This document shows positions 18,884 to 28,336 of a stretch of 64,000 nucleotides of DNA, piece by piece. The position numbers and the translations under genes were made by a program. Position 1 is the first letter of the stretch, and each line of letters starts with the position of its first letter. The DNA is from an uncultured virus (IMG/VR IMGVR_UViG_3300027769_000001) (Duplodnaviria; Heunggongvirae; Uroviricota; Caudoviricetes): IMG/VR virus record IMGVR_UViG_3300027769_000001; one strand, 5' to 3'. The notes below the pieces were generated by a model that searched no databases, had not been told where the DNA came from, and saw only the letters and a list, made by a program, of their open reading frames with translations.

Positions 18884-19282
18884 ATGCCCATCCCTGACAC
18901 CCCTGAGGCGCTCTTCGAGCACTTGAGCAACAGCTCAGTGCGCGACATGTTCGCGAACTACGACCAGCTCAAACCGCGACACCGCAAGCTGATCGACGTG
19001 CTGCACACCGAGCTAACCAAAGGCGAGCTCAGCGATGCGGCCTTCATGGACTGCATCTGCTTCATCACCGTCCTCTGGCGCTGCTTCAACAACACCGCCT
19101 GCGTCCAGATCGACCGCCTCATCGAGGACAACAACGAGATCGACCCCGCCTGGATCCACCAGGCCCTCGAGATCGCCAAGGTCGCCCAGTTCGTGCACAC
19201 GCTGCTCAACGCCTATGACGCCGCCCCAGACCTCACAGAGCTGGCAGATGAAAGCACGTATCACCTGGACACCGACGCCTAG
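18884..19282 (+). CDS. Hypothetical protein
   Basis: 132-aa ORF with codon bias. Confidence 0.6.
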   Translation: MPIPDTPEALFEHLSNSSVRDMFANYDQLKPRHRKLIDVLHTELTKGELSDAAFMDCICFITVLWRCFNNTACVQIDRLIEDNNEIDPAWIHQALEIAKVAQFVHTLLNAYDAAPDLTELADESTYHLDTDA

Positions 19283-19377
19283 CCAGCCTGTCAGACTGGT
19301 TTAGCCGGTTGTTCCTGGGCGCCTGACGCCAGCCGGTCACTTCTGTTTTTCCTTCACGGTCCCGCCGCATCTTTGGC

Positions 19378-19563
19378 ATGGCTTCCCCTGCGTTCGCCTT
19401 GTACGACCTGTACAACACAGTGACTGGCGTCCCCCTGTACAGCACCTACGCCACCCCATCCGAGATCCTGGATGCAAACGCAAATCTCCGCTCCCGCGGG
19501 CTCATCAGCCGGTACTACCCCGCCGGCACCTTCCAAGCGCCTTCGCTACACACTCCTGTGTGA
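19378..19563 (+). CDS. Hypothetical protein
   Basis: 61-aa ORF. Confidence 0.45.
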   Translation: MASPAFALYDLYNTVTGVPLYSTYATPSEILDANANLRSRGLISRYYPAGTFQAPSLHTPV

Positions 19564-19737
19564 CGACGGCTATCTGCTGGCCTGCCACGGCCTCTGTGAC
19601 CACCCGATCACAGTGGTCCCCCGCCCCGAACTTGCTACAAGCTTCGTCCTCTGGACAACAGCTACCCAGCGTGCCATAGCCCTGCAAAAGCTCGGCTGGC
19701 AGCTAAAAGTCGTCCAGTTTTACCTTCCTACTCCTTA

Positions 19738-20121
19738 ATGGCTCGCGTTAACACCGACATCTACATCGACCTGATAGAACGCTGTGAGCGTCACTACGCC
19801 GCTCAAGGCTTCGTCAAATGGACGGACATAGCCACCGAGCTCGGCGTCTCCCGTCAACTAATCCTCAACAGAGTCCAGCGTGCTGTCTGCCACGGCCTGC
19901 TCACCTCTGCAGACCTAGACCGCTACCGCTCCGCGTCCAGTCGCCTGGCCGCCTCCCGCGCAAGCAAAGACATGCGCCGCGACAACCGCGCGTTGACCAT
20001 CACCGTCACCCTTACCCCCGACAACAAGGCCTGGTTAACGGAGGCCATTACAGCCCGCCCAGGCTCAACCCCATCGGACTTCATCAACACATCCCTAACC
20101 CAACTCCGAACCCATGCGTAA
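19738..20121 (+). CDS. Putative HTH DNA-binding protein
   Basis: WTDIATELGVSRQLI. Confidence 0.6.
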   Translation: MARVNTDIYIDLIERCERHYAAQGFVKWTDIATELGVSRQLILNRVQRAVCHGLLTSADLDRYRSASSRLAASRASKDMRRDNRALTITVTLTPDNKAWLTEAITARPGSTPSDFINTSLTQLRTHA

Positions 20122-20287
20122 CAGCACCTTTTGGACCGCCTGCGCCCGCTATTGTTCCGAGCTCGCTCCTGTAGTAGGCCCCCTACTTTCCGCTTCCGCG
20201 GACTTAGCGACCGCCATCGACCGCGCCGCCCTTACATCAGCTACAGACACTCCAGCACTACCTAAATCCAAGTCCAATCTCGACTGA
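20114..20287 (+). CDS. Hypothetical protein (57 aa)
   Basis: MRNSTFWTAC...; overlaps upstream stop. Confidence 0.45.
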   Translation: MRNSTFWTACARYCSELAPVVGPLLSASADLATAIDRAALTSATDTPALPKSKSNLD

Positions 20288-20292
20288 CGCGC

Positions 20293-20559
20293 TTGTCCAC
20301 CACCCCTCACATCGATCCCCTCTCCTTATCTGATGACGCATTCCTCGAGCGCGCCAGCGCCATGTGTGCAACCAAGATTCCTCACCTCAACCGCCAGGCC
20401 GCGGCCGCCCACCTTCGCCGCGGCCATTATCCAGGCTCCCCCTACCACTGCCCTCTCTGCGGTGACTGGCACACCACCACCTATGACCGCGCTCAATCCA
20501 AGCGCTTCTCCCGCCGTCTATCTCGCCTTCTTCGCGCCCTAAACAGGGCTGAACAATGA
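20293..20559 (+). CDS. Small zinc-ribbon protein
   Basis: C.TK...YHCPLCGDWHTT. Confidence 0.6.
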   Translation: MSTTPHIDPLSLSDDAFLERASAMCATKIPHLNRQAAAAHLRRGHYPGSPYHCPLCGDWHTTTYDRAQSKRFSRRLSRLLRALNRAEQ

Positions 20560-20720
20560 TTCACATCACATGCGACCACGGCTACATCGGCCCGTTCTGG
20601 TGGGTCAACAGCCAACCATCCGAGCGGCAATGGCTAGCCGACCGCTACTGGCAACTCTGGGGCACCTTCGGCATCGGCCGCGAAACCTTTCGCGTAGCTC
20701 TGGAGCCCCTCGATGACTAA
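20556..20720 (+). CDS. Hypothetical Trp-rich protein (54 aa)
   Basis: ATGA overlap; ends ALEPLDD. Confidence 0.55.
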   Translation: MIHITCDHGYIGPFWWVNSQPSERQWLADRYWQLWGTFGIGRETFRVALEPLDD

Positions 20721-21030
20721 CCCCATCACCCCACCGCCGGAGCTGGTGCAGCAGTGGCGAGGAAAAGCAGTAAGCAACCCCAAAGATACATTTTCACAGT
20801 CTCTTGCCACCCGCGCCGCCCAATGGGGGTCGGATCAAGAGCTGGAGGCGTGCTGTGAACTACTGGTAAAACAAGGGTTTGACTTTGTTGACGCCCTCCG
20901 CGCCGCCAGACGCCCCAAGCCGCCGAGTTTGAAGGAGCAGGCATTGGAGGCCATGCACCGCAATTGGAATCCACACAACAATGACGATTTCGCCACCATC
21001 GCACGCGCCCTGGAGGCCCTCGATGACTGA
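20713..21030 (+). CDS. ITPPPELVQQW-family protein, copy 1
   Basis: Paralogue of 21525..21872. Confidence 0.7.
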   Translation: MTNPITPPPELVQQWRGKAVSNPKDTFSQSLATRAAQWGSDQELEACCELLVKQGFDFVDALRAARRPKPPSLKEQALEAMHRNWNPHNNDDFATIARALEALDD

Positions 21031-21346
21031 CTACCGCGCACTGTGCGCCCGCATGGCTGACGAGCTGGATCATTACCGACAGCTCTTGATGGATGATCGC
21101 CGCGAAACTCATGCGTTGGCGACTGAAGCCCGCGCCGCCCTGGAGGCCCAGCCCGAGCCGGTGGCGCCGACGGACGAGGAGATTGAACAATGGGCGGACG
21201 CTGCTAAGGAGGTGCCCTTAGAAGAAATGGACCCCGAGGTTCATGGCTGGCGGAGATGCTTTACGGCCAAAGAGTTCAGCGAAACAATCCGTGCAGCCCT
21301 TGCCCGCTGGGGCACACCCACCAACAACATTAGTGAGGAGAACTAA
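21023..21346 (+). CDS. MTD(Y/F)RALCA-family protein, copy 1
   Basis: Paralogue of 21865..22221 (ARAAL.QP..PTDEE). Confidence 0.7.
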   Translation: MTDYRALCARMADELDHYRQLLMDDRRETHALATEARAALEAQPEPVAPTDEEIEQWADAAKEVPLEEMDPEVHGWRRCFTAKEFSETIRAALARWGTPTNNISEEN

Positions 21347-21351
21347 TTACC

Positions 21352-21513
21352 ATGAAAAGCCTTAACGACTACACAGCACTTGGCGCCATTGTCCTAGTGC
21401 TTTTACTGATGGTTGCAACAGCCTGGTGGTGGTTCCCCCAAAAGTGGCAGGCATGTGAACGGCTTTATGACAACAAGCCAGCGCAGGTCTTCTGCCTGCT
21501 AGCATCGAAGTGA
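21352..21513 (+). CDS. Small membrane protein (53 aa)
   Basis: LGAIVLVLLLMVATAWWWF transmembrane segment. Confidence 0.55.
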   Translation: MKSLNDYTALGAIVLVLLLMVATAWWWFPQKWQACERLYDNKPAQVFCLLASK

Positions 21514-21524
21514 GGAGAGTTTCG

Positions 21525-21872
21525 ATGGCTGATTCAATTACACCGCCGCCCGAGCTGGTGCAGCAGTGGTTGGCCGAAATCTGGCATGAAGGAACACCAG
21601 TTCGAGTTGCATTGAGCGACGAACACATCGCCACCCGCGCCGCCCAATGGGGCGCCGACCAACAACTTGCGGAAGATGCAGAATGGCTAGATCACAATGC
21701 ATTGAATGAACCGCATCTAAAGATTATTCCAATGGGTGAATCTTTGAAAGAGGCAATGCGCCCCAAGCCGCCGACGCGCAAGGAGCGAGCGTTGAAGTCA
21801 CTGGACGGACTAGCACTGCCTGACGACGCTTTTGAAACCATCCGCTTTGCGCTAGAGGCCCTCGATGACTGA
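21525..21872 (+). CDS. ITPPPELVQQW-family protein, copy 2
   Basis: Shared ATRAAQWG.DQ, RPKPP and ALEALDD; AGGAG upstream. Confidence 0.7.
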   Translation: MADSITPPPELVQQWLAEIWHEGTPVRVALSDEHIATRAAQWGADQQLAEDAEWLDHNALNEPHLKIIPMGESLKEAMRPKPPTRKERALKSLDGLALPDDAFETIRFALEALDD

Positions 21873-22221
21873 CTTCCGAGCGCTTTGCGCTGAGCTGCTG
21901 GCCAGCTACGAAGACACTTTTGTTATCTCGGAACCAAGCGACGATCCCTTGGTGCAACAAGCCCGTGCCGCCCTAGCCCAGCCGGATCCGCAGGGGCCGA
22001 CGGATGAGGAGCTGAAAGCTGCTTACTGGGAAGGGTTCAAAAACGCCGCACCATGCGGCGCCGATCAGAGCTGGCTTGCAGGGCTGCGAGCGGTTGCTCT
22101 CTGGGACCGCTCCGTCATTGAGCCAGATGGACCGGCTGTGCTTGGCAGCAGGGAACCGGTCTCTGTCACTGACCAGCCTACGCCCGAGCCGTCCTTGCTA
22201 AGTGGGGGCGGTCATGACTAG
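21865..22221 (+). CDS. MTD(Y/F)RALCA-family protein, copy 2
   Basis: Paralogous motifs shared with 21023..21346. Confidence 0.7.
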   Translation: MTDFRALCAELLASYEDTFVISEPSDDPLVQQARAALAQPDPQGPTDEELKAAYWEGFKNAAPCGADQSWLAGLRAVALWDRSVIEPDGPAVLGSREPVSVTDQPTPEPSLLSGGGHD

Positions 22222-22540
22222 CTACGCCCGCGCCGACCGCATACTTGACGAGTTTACCGAGGGCGCCTATCACGGAGGCCGCCACACCAGCATCCGCCAC
22301 GGCATCGCCGCCGTGCTTCGCCACCTGGCCGACACCGATGCTCAATACGGCGACATGGAGAGCTGGTACGGCGTACCAGCCCGCACCCTCGAAGACCTAG
22401 CCGACGCGCTTGAAGCCCCAAGCCCGCTGGAACGCGCCATGAAAGGCGACGCCACCGCCGCCAAGCAGTTCCTGCACGAGGCCGGTTTTACTGACAAACA
22501 GGGCCGCTGGCCTCCGCAGTACCAATCCACCCCCGAATGA
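22214..22540 (+). CDS. Hypothetical protein
   Basis: Overlapping operon ORF. Confidence 0.55.
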   Translation: MTSYARADRILDEFTEGAYHGGRHTSIRHGIAAVLRHLADTDAQYGDMESWYGVPARTLEDLADALEAPSPLERAMKGDATAAKQFLHEAGFTDKQGRWPPQYQSTPE

Positions 22541-22761
22541 ATTACCTCACAGGCCACAGCCAAGAAATCAAAGGACTGCTTGAAGCTCTTGGCATTGAGT
22601 GCAAAGGCGTCCTACGCATCTGCTTGATTGTTGAACCCGACCGCATTGTCCGACTTGAGCTGGAACGCCTAGTCACTGAAGACGAAGCAGCCGAGCTGAC
22701 AACTTGGATCTTGAAGCACAGCGTCAAAGCGGAGCAGCTCGATGAAGTGCCCGAAGTGTAA
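22537..22761 (+). CDS. Hypothetical protein
   Basis: ATGA overlap. Confidence 0.5.
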   Translation: MNYLTGHSQEIKGLLEALGIECKGVLRICLIVEPDRIVRLELERLVTEDEAAELTTWILKHSVKAEQLDEVPEV

Positions 22762-23086
22762 AAGTACCAGCACTCGGGTGACGTGTACGCAGCACCGAGG
22801 CAACGAAACCAAAAGGTACTGTCGTTGCCTTGACTGCGCGAAACGCTACATCACGATGGAGACGTACCTAGTTCCAGTGCGTGAAGTACACCCCAGGCAA
22901 ATTAAGCGCGGAGAGGACAATCATCTTTCCGTTTTGACAGAACAGAACGTGCGCGACATCCGCCGCCTAGCGCAAGACAACACCTACAAGGTGATAGCCA
23001 AACGGTATGGCATACACACATCCACGGTATACCGCATCGTCAAGGCGAAGCGGTGGTCCCACGTAACAGACACCCCAGTTTCCTAG
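22742..23086 (+). CDS. Zinc-ribbon plus HTH protein
   Basis: CPKC...RCLDC..RYITME (NrdR-like ribbon); YKVIAKRYGIHTSTVYRI..W.HV HTH. Confidence 0.7.
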   Translation: MKCPKCKSTSTRVTCTQHRGNETKRYCRCLDCAKRYITMETYLVPVREVHPRQIKRGEDNHLSVLTEQNVRDIRRLAQDNTYKVIAKRYGIHTSTVYRIVKAKRWSHVTDTPVS

Positions 23087-23088
23087 TC

Positions 23089-23334
23089 ATGGAAAAACCC
23101 AAAAGAGCCCGTGGTCGAACGCTAAGCATCACGGTTACAGACGAAGAAGTCAACCTTGCCCGTCAACTTGGAATGGGTAATGCTTCGCACGGTTACCGAC
23201 TTGCCGTCCGCTACATGGCCGAGCGCTCTATCCGCGGCATTCCTCTCAGTACGATGCTACGGGCAGCAGCAGAGATGGCAGCCGATCTCGAGCAGTCCCC
23301 CAAGCGCGGCCGCCCGCGCACCACAAATCTCTAA
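23089..23334 (+). CDS. Putative DNA-binding protein (ribbon-helix-helix-like)
   Basis: RTLSITVTDEEVNLARQLGMGNASHG. Confidence 0.5.
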   Translation: MEKPKRARGRTLSITVTDEEVNLARQLGMGNASHGYRLAVRYMAERSIRGIPLSTMLRAAAEMAADLEQSPKRGRPRTTNL

Positions 23335-23344
23335 CACGCCTCCC

Positions 23345-23953
23345 GTGCTTAAAAACGACACCTGGATCCGTGCCGCCGCCACCGCCGGCATGATCACCCC
23401 CTTCGTACCCAACCTGATCCGCGCCCACCGCTTCCCCACCGAGACCGGCGGCTGGCAAGAAACAAAACTCCTCAGCTACGGCTGCTCCTCCTACGGCTAC
23501 GACCTGCGCCTCTCCCCCAAAGAGTTCCTCGTGTTCCGCCACGTTCCGGGTTCCATCATGGATCCCAAAGCGTTCAACCCCCTCAATCTCGAAAGCGCGG
23601 TACTCAACGAAGACGAGAACGGCGCCTACTTCGTCCTACCCGCCCACTCCTACGGTCTGGGCGTCGCTCTAGAGCACCTCCGCATCCCCGCCAACATCAC
23701 CTGCCTCTTCATAGGTAAAAGCACCTACGCCCGTTGTGGCATCGTCGCCAACACAACCCCCGGCGAAGCCGGTTGGCACGGCCACCTGACGCTGGAATTA
23801 AGCAACTCCTCAGGCGCAGACTGCCGCATCTACACCAACGAAGGCATCGTCCAAGCCCTCTTCTTCGAAGGTGCACCCTGCGAGACCAGCTACTCCGACC
23901 GCAGCGGCAAATACCAGAATCAGCCGGAAGCCATCACCACGGCGCGCGTCTGA
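23345..23953 (+). CDS. dcd: dCTP deaminase
   Basis: SYGCSSYGYDLRL, GKSTYARCG, TP.EAGWHGHLTLE, NEGI.Q, Y.DR.GKYQ.Q. Confidence 0.93.
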   Translation: MLKNDTWIRAAATAGMITPFVPNLIRAHRFPTETGGWQETKLLSYGCSSYGYDLRLSPKEFLVFRHVPGSIMDPKAFNPLNLESAVLNEDENGAYFVLPAHSYGLGVALEHLRIPANITCLFIGKSTYARCGIVANTTPGEAGWHGHLTLELSNSSGADCRIYTNEGIVQALFFEGAPCETSYSDRSGKYQNQPEAITTARV

Positions 23954-24017
23954 TCCAGTTCAATCCAACCTGCACTTTTATCCTGTAGTCTGAACTTATC
24001 GGAACTTTTTACTCCCC

Positions 24018-24533
24018 GTGGTTGATCGCGTCTACGGCCCCGATGGCCTCAATGAACGGCAGCGCATTGCTGCCAGCTACCTTGCGCGCGGCACCACCGT
24101 TCGCGAAGTCGCCCGCAAGATCGGCGTTTCTGAAAAGGCCATCTACATGTGGAGGCAGCGCCCCGCCGTCCAGCGCGCCGTCACCCGCATCCAGCAGGAA
24201 CTCCTCTCCGAGACCGGCGGGATGAACATCAGCACCATCCCAGCCGCCATCGAGGTCCTAGCCGCAATCATCAATGACGAGGAAGCCCGCGCCGCAGATC
24301 GCATCGCCGCCGCCCGCACCCTGATGACAGGTGCACAGGCCTATCAAGAGCGCAAGATCCTCGAGCGCCAGATCAACGACCTCGAACGTCAGCTCTTGCG
24401 CTTCACCGCCACGCAAGACGCCGCCACAAACGCCACCCCCATCGACCCCACCGAGGACGACGAGCTACTCCTTGATGCCGCAGTCGACGAAGACGACGAC
24501 TCTCTACTGCTGAACATCCTCGACTCCGACTGA
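24018..24533 (+). CDS. Terminase small subunit (putative)
   Basis: N-terminal HTH, RIAAARTL motif, directly upstream of TerL. Confidence 0.7.
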   Translation: MVDRVYGPDGLNERQRIAASYLARGTTVREVARKIGVSEKAIYMWRQRPAVQRAVTRIQQELLSETGGMNISTIPAAIEVLAAIINDEEARAADRIAAARTLMTGAQAYQERKILERQINDLERQLLRFTATQDAATNATPIDPTEDDELLLDAAVDEDDDSLLLNILDSD

Positions 24534-24542
24534 CCCGGCGCA

Positions 24543-25949
24543 ATGTCCTCCGTATCCTCGCTCCGCCGCCGCGTCGAACGCCTCCAGCTCGAGCTTGCCC
24601 AGCGCAAAGCCCGCGCAGCCACCTACGAAGCCGGCGAACCGGTGTCCCGGTTACCCACGGTGGACAACTGGCCGACCTTCGCCCAACGCACGTGGATCCG
24701 CACCAGCGGCACCGTCGCCCCCTTTGACCCCTACTCCTACCAAATCGATCTGATCAGGTCGATCAACGCCAACCCCAACACCATCGTCAACAAGTCCCGC
24801 CAAACCGGCGTCTCCGAGACCGTCTGCAACTACCTGCTCTGCCGCGCCCTCACCGAACGAGGCTTCGCCGCCGTCGTCTTCTCCAAAACCCAAACAGACG
24901 CCTCCGAGCTCGGACGCCGCGTCCGCGCCATGGCTAACAGCCTCCGCGGTGAAACCATCCGCTACCTCACCGACAGCACCACCCAGCTCGCCTTCGAAGG
25001 CCGCGGCACGCTGTACTTCCTACCCGCCTCACCCCGCGCCGCCCGCGGCATCCCCAGCTGTTCCGTCCTCTTCATGGACGAAGCCGCCTTCCTCGAAGGC
25101 GCCGCCGAGCTCTACCGAGGTGCCATGCCCACGCTCTCCATGGTGGGCGATGCGGCCAAAGTCATCGTCGTCTCCACCCCAGACACCGAGCTCGACTGGT
25201 TCGGCCAGCTCTGGCACTCCTCTGAGGGCCACTGGAACAAAGTCGCCATCCACTACTCCCAGCACCCGATCTACGGTGCTGACCCCGACTGGGCCCGCCG
25301 CACCCGCGAGTCCCGCCGCATGACCACGGCGGCATGGAACTCCGAGTACGAGCTGCAGTTCGGAGCCACCGACACCCAGATCTACCCAAGCGAACTGATC
25401 TCCCGTGCCTCCCGCGGCCACTGGCGCGAGTGCGGCACCGTCAACCGCGACTACGTCATTGGCATAGACCCTAACGCTGGTGGCTCGGATTACTTCGTAG
25501 CACTTGTTCTCGACATCACCACCACTCCTTACGAAGTGGTTGGCATGTACCGAGAAAACGGCAAAAGCACAGACTACAGCTTGAAGCATGTCAAATCCCT
25601 TATTGAGGACTACATGCCGCAGCGCGTCATCGTGGAGAAGCAAGCGATGGGCGCCGTGATAGCCGAAGCGCTGCAGCACGTCCTACCAAACTACGCGATC
25701 GAAACCTTCAACACGACCCGCCCTTCCAAAACGGTAGCCACCGACCGCATCCTGTACCTCCTCGAGCGCGACGAACTCGTATTTCCCTCAAGCATCATTG
25801 CTGACGAACTCCGCGCCTTTCAGCAGCGTGAATCCGGAGCTCGTGAAGCTGCCGCAGGTTCCCATGACGACACTGTTATGGCGCTGGCCTTTGCCTGCTC
25901 CCTAATCCCCGAAACTCCAGCAACTGCCAGCTTCTTCGACAACATCTAA
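24543..25949 (+). CDS. terL: Terminase large subunit
   Basis: KSRQTGVS Walker A, LFMDEAAF Walker B, VSTP, IGIDP, HDDTVMALA. Confidence 0.93.
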   Translation: MSSVSSLRRRVERLQLELAQRKARAATYEAGEPVSRLPTVDNWPTFAQRTWIRTSGTVAPFDPYSYQIDLIRSINANPNTIVNKSRQTGVSETVCNYLLCRALTERGFAAVVFSKTQTDASELGRRVRAMANSLRGETIRYLTDSTTQLAFEGRGTLYFLPASPRAARGIPSCSVLFMDEAAFLEGAAELYRGAMPTLSMVGDAAKVIVVSTPDTELDWFGQLWHSSEGHWNKVAIHYSQHPIYGADPDWARRTRESRRMTTAAWNSEYELQFGATDTQIYPSELISRASRGHWRECGTVNRDYVIGIDPNAGGSDYFVALVLDITTTPYEVVGMYRENGKSTDYSLKHVKSLIEDYMPQRVIVEKQAMGAVIAEALQHVLPNYAIETFNTTRPSKTVATDRILYLLERDELVFPSSIIADELRAFQQRESGAREAAAGSHDDTVMALAFACSLIPETPATASFFDNI

Positions 25950-26010
25950 ACAAATGCGCTAATGTCTATGCACCGAGAGCGTACGCCGCACAGCGCTCTT
26001 CGGTAGCGAT

Positions 26011-26340
26011 TCAGGCTGCTGCCCAGCCCTGAGTCGCTTCTTCCACCCAGAGCTGAATTGCCGTCTCCCTGTGCGGAGACCACCAGCTCTGCTGCCTAAA
26101 CCACTCCTGCCAGTCCAGCGTGCTGCCCTTTGCTCGGTTGCACGCCGCACAGCAGCACACCAGATTGGCCCGCTCACTCCCACCGCCTCGACACCGAGGA
26201 CGGATGTGATCCAACGTGTCCCCCGGCTCCCCGCAGTACGCACAAAGGGATCCCCAGCTACTGAGAATCCCCTCTCGAAATTGTTGCTTGGCCTGACGCT
26301 TGGTGAGGAGACGGGACCCATCAATCTGATGGTCGACCAT
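26011..26340 (-). CDS. HNH endonuclease
   Basis: CAYCG...TLDHIRP..GG...NLV.CC..CNRAKG. Confidence 0.9.
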   Translation of the reverse strand: MVDHQIDGSRLLTKRQAKQQFREGILSSWGSLCAYCGEPGDTLDHIRPRCRGGGSERANLVCCCAACNRAKGSTLDWQEWFRQQSWWSPHRETAIQLWVEEATQGWAAA

Positions 26341-26390
26341 GCCCTGCGAGGTGGCTTTCTCAGCCTATCGGGCACCCCTAAGCACGAAGG

Positions 26391-26470
26391 TGCACAAGTC
26401 CGTTACCATCCGCAGGATTCCGTTACCAGCTGCACAAATGCGTTACCAGCTGCACAAAACAGTTACCGAA
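26391..26470. repeat. Four tandem 20-bp degenerate repeats (TGCACAAANNCGTTACCAGC)
   Basis: Units start at 26391, 26411, 26431, 26451. Confidence 0.85.
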
Positions 26471-26517
26471 TCCAGGGGCGCTACACTTAACACAGCTCTC
26501 CCGAGCCCGTTCGCACC

Positions 26518-28335
26518 ATGGCTGCTCCTACTTCAGACAACTTCCGGAACGATGGTGCGTTAGTTAACGTTCTAACGGGCTTAGGTGTAGGAACCAAGGA
26601 CAAAACAATCGCCACATCCGTAGGCTTCCAGGCCTTACTTTCGGAAGCTGAACTCGAAGCTCTTTACATCAACGGCATCCCCCGCCGTTATGTCGACGCC
26701 ATCAGCGACGAGATCCTCCGCCACCAGACAACCCTGAAAATCGGTGGCGATGCCCAAGAGGACAGCGCCGATCTCCTCAGCCAATTCGAGCGCTTCCTCC
26801 AGGCCACGCAGTTTCACTTCGCGCTTTCCGAAGTCATCAAGCTGCAGCGTCTCTATGGCGGCGCCGGCCTCGTACTGCTCCTCGACGATGGCCTCCAACC
26901 TGAAGAGCCAGTCGATCCCGCTCGTCTCCGCGCTGTCAACGGTTACGTCCCCCTAAGTAGGCACGAGCTGATCCCCGAGGACGTTTCAATCACCGACTAC
27001 TCCCGTCCTTCGCACTACCGCATCACCACCAGCCAGCGACTCACTCCGGACCAAAACAGCAACTACGTCAACATCCGCATCCACCACACCCGGGTCGCTC
27101 GCTTCGACGGCTTGTTCCTTCCGTGGAACCTACGGTCCCGCAACACAGGCTGGGGCCAATCGGTCCTGCAGCTCATGTGGAACGCCTTCAAGCGCTACGA
27201 GACCGCCATGTCCGGCCTCGAGTCGATGACGTCTGACGCCGACATCTTCGTCCACAAGATCCCCGGCCTCTTCAACCGTGTCGCCGCTGGCAACGAAAGC
27301 GACATCCGCAAGCGCCTGGAGGCCAACAACCTCAGCCGCTCCGTCTACGGCGGCATGGTCGTGGACACCGAGGAGGACATCAACTTCCTCAACCGCGCCC
27401 TCAGCAACATCGCCACCGCCACCGACCCCTTCATCAAGGATCTTCAGGCTTCTACCGGTTGGCCCGCCTCAATCCTCATGGGGGACTCCCCCGGCGGCCT
27501 AGGCAAGGAAGGTCGCTTCGAAGAGCGTGTCTGGTCCTCCCTTGTCGAGCAGTGGCAGGAGGTCTACTGCCGCACCCCGATCACCGAGATCTTTAGCTAC
27601 ATCCTGGCGAGCAAGGAAGGCCCCACCCGAGGCCGTGTCCCTGAGTCCTGGTCCGTCCACTTCCCCAGTGTCTTTACAACGACTGACAAGGAGGCGGCCG
27701 AGCTCCACCAGATCATGGCCGCTTCCGACGCCCAGTACATCCAGCTGGGTGTGCTCAACGCTCTCGAGGTACGCGAATCCCGCTTCGCCGGCACCGAGTA
27801 CTCCATCGAGACGAACCTCAACGAGGCCATCACTGAGCAGCTCGTCGCCTCCACCGACGCCCAATTCCAATCCCAAATGGCGGGCTATGAAGCGCAGCTT
27901 CAGGCCACCCAAGAACCACTCGCTCCCCCCGAGGGCGAAACAGGCGGAATCCTTCCTGCCGAAGGCGAAGAAGCCCCACCCCGTGGTGATGCGCTTTACG
28001 CAGACGCCAGTGGCCTACGCATCCGCATCACCGCCCATAACGGCGACACGGTAGCCGGCCCGCTTGTCGGCCCCGATGGCCAACGCATCGACACCAGCGC
28101 CTCCGCCCCACTGCTACTGATCGGGCCACACCGCACCCGAGCCCGAAAGCTATACCGCGCACGCTTCACACTCGACGGCGCGCTTCACGACGGTCCCTAC
28201 ACCACCGGCTTCAACTCATTGCGCGCCGCCAAAGCTGCCGTTCAGCGCTTCTTCCCTGGTCAGAATGTGGCAGGGCTATCCGCCGTGCCCGAAACCGAGG
28301 CCGACACGTTCCGCGCCTACAACGAGGGCTACTGA
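26518..28335 (+). CDS. Portal protein (DUF1073-type) with C-terminal extension
   Basis: RLYGG, IHHTR..RFDG, GWGQSVLQ, P.SILMG.SPGGL, F.S.FTTTDKE.AE; follows TerL. Confidence 0.88.
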   Translation: MAAPTSDNFRNDGALVNVLTGLGVGTKDKTIATSVGFQALLSEAELEALYINGIPRRYVDAISDEILRHQTTLKIGGDAQEDSADLLSQFERFLQATQFHFALSEVIKLQRLYGGAGLVLLLDDGLQPEEPVDPARLRAVNGYVPLSRHELIPEDVSITDYSRPSHYRITTSQRLTPDQNSNYVNIRIHHTRVARFDGLFLPWNLRSRNTGWGQSVLQLMWNAFKRYETAMSGLESMTSDADIFVHKIPGLFNRVAAGNESDIRKRLEANNLSRSVYGGMVVDTEEDINFLNRALSNIATATDPFIKDLQASTGWPASILMGDSPGGLGKEGRFEERVWSSLVEQWQEVYCRTPITEIFSYILASKEGPTRGRVPESWSVHFPSVFTTTDKEAAELHQIMAASDAQYIQLGVLNALEVRESRFAGTEYSIETNLNEAITEQLVASTDAQFQSQMAGYEAQLQATQEPLAPPEGETGGILPAEGEEAPPRGDALYADASGLRIRITAHNGDTVAGPLVGPDGQRIDTSASAPLLLIGPHRTRARKLYRARFTLDGALHDGPYTTGFNSLRAAKAAVQRFFPGQNVAGLSAVPETEADTFRAYNEGY

Positions 28336-28336
28336 G

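Noticed and set aside
26391..26470. 20-bp repeats as a CRISPR array or RpaB HLR1 site
   Set aside because: No spacers; half-site sequence and spacing do not fit HLR1 well
26518..28335. DUF1073 protein as an anti-CBASS nuclease
   Set aside because: Position and motifs indicate a portal; no paired HxT/S phosphoesterase motifs recognised in the extension
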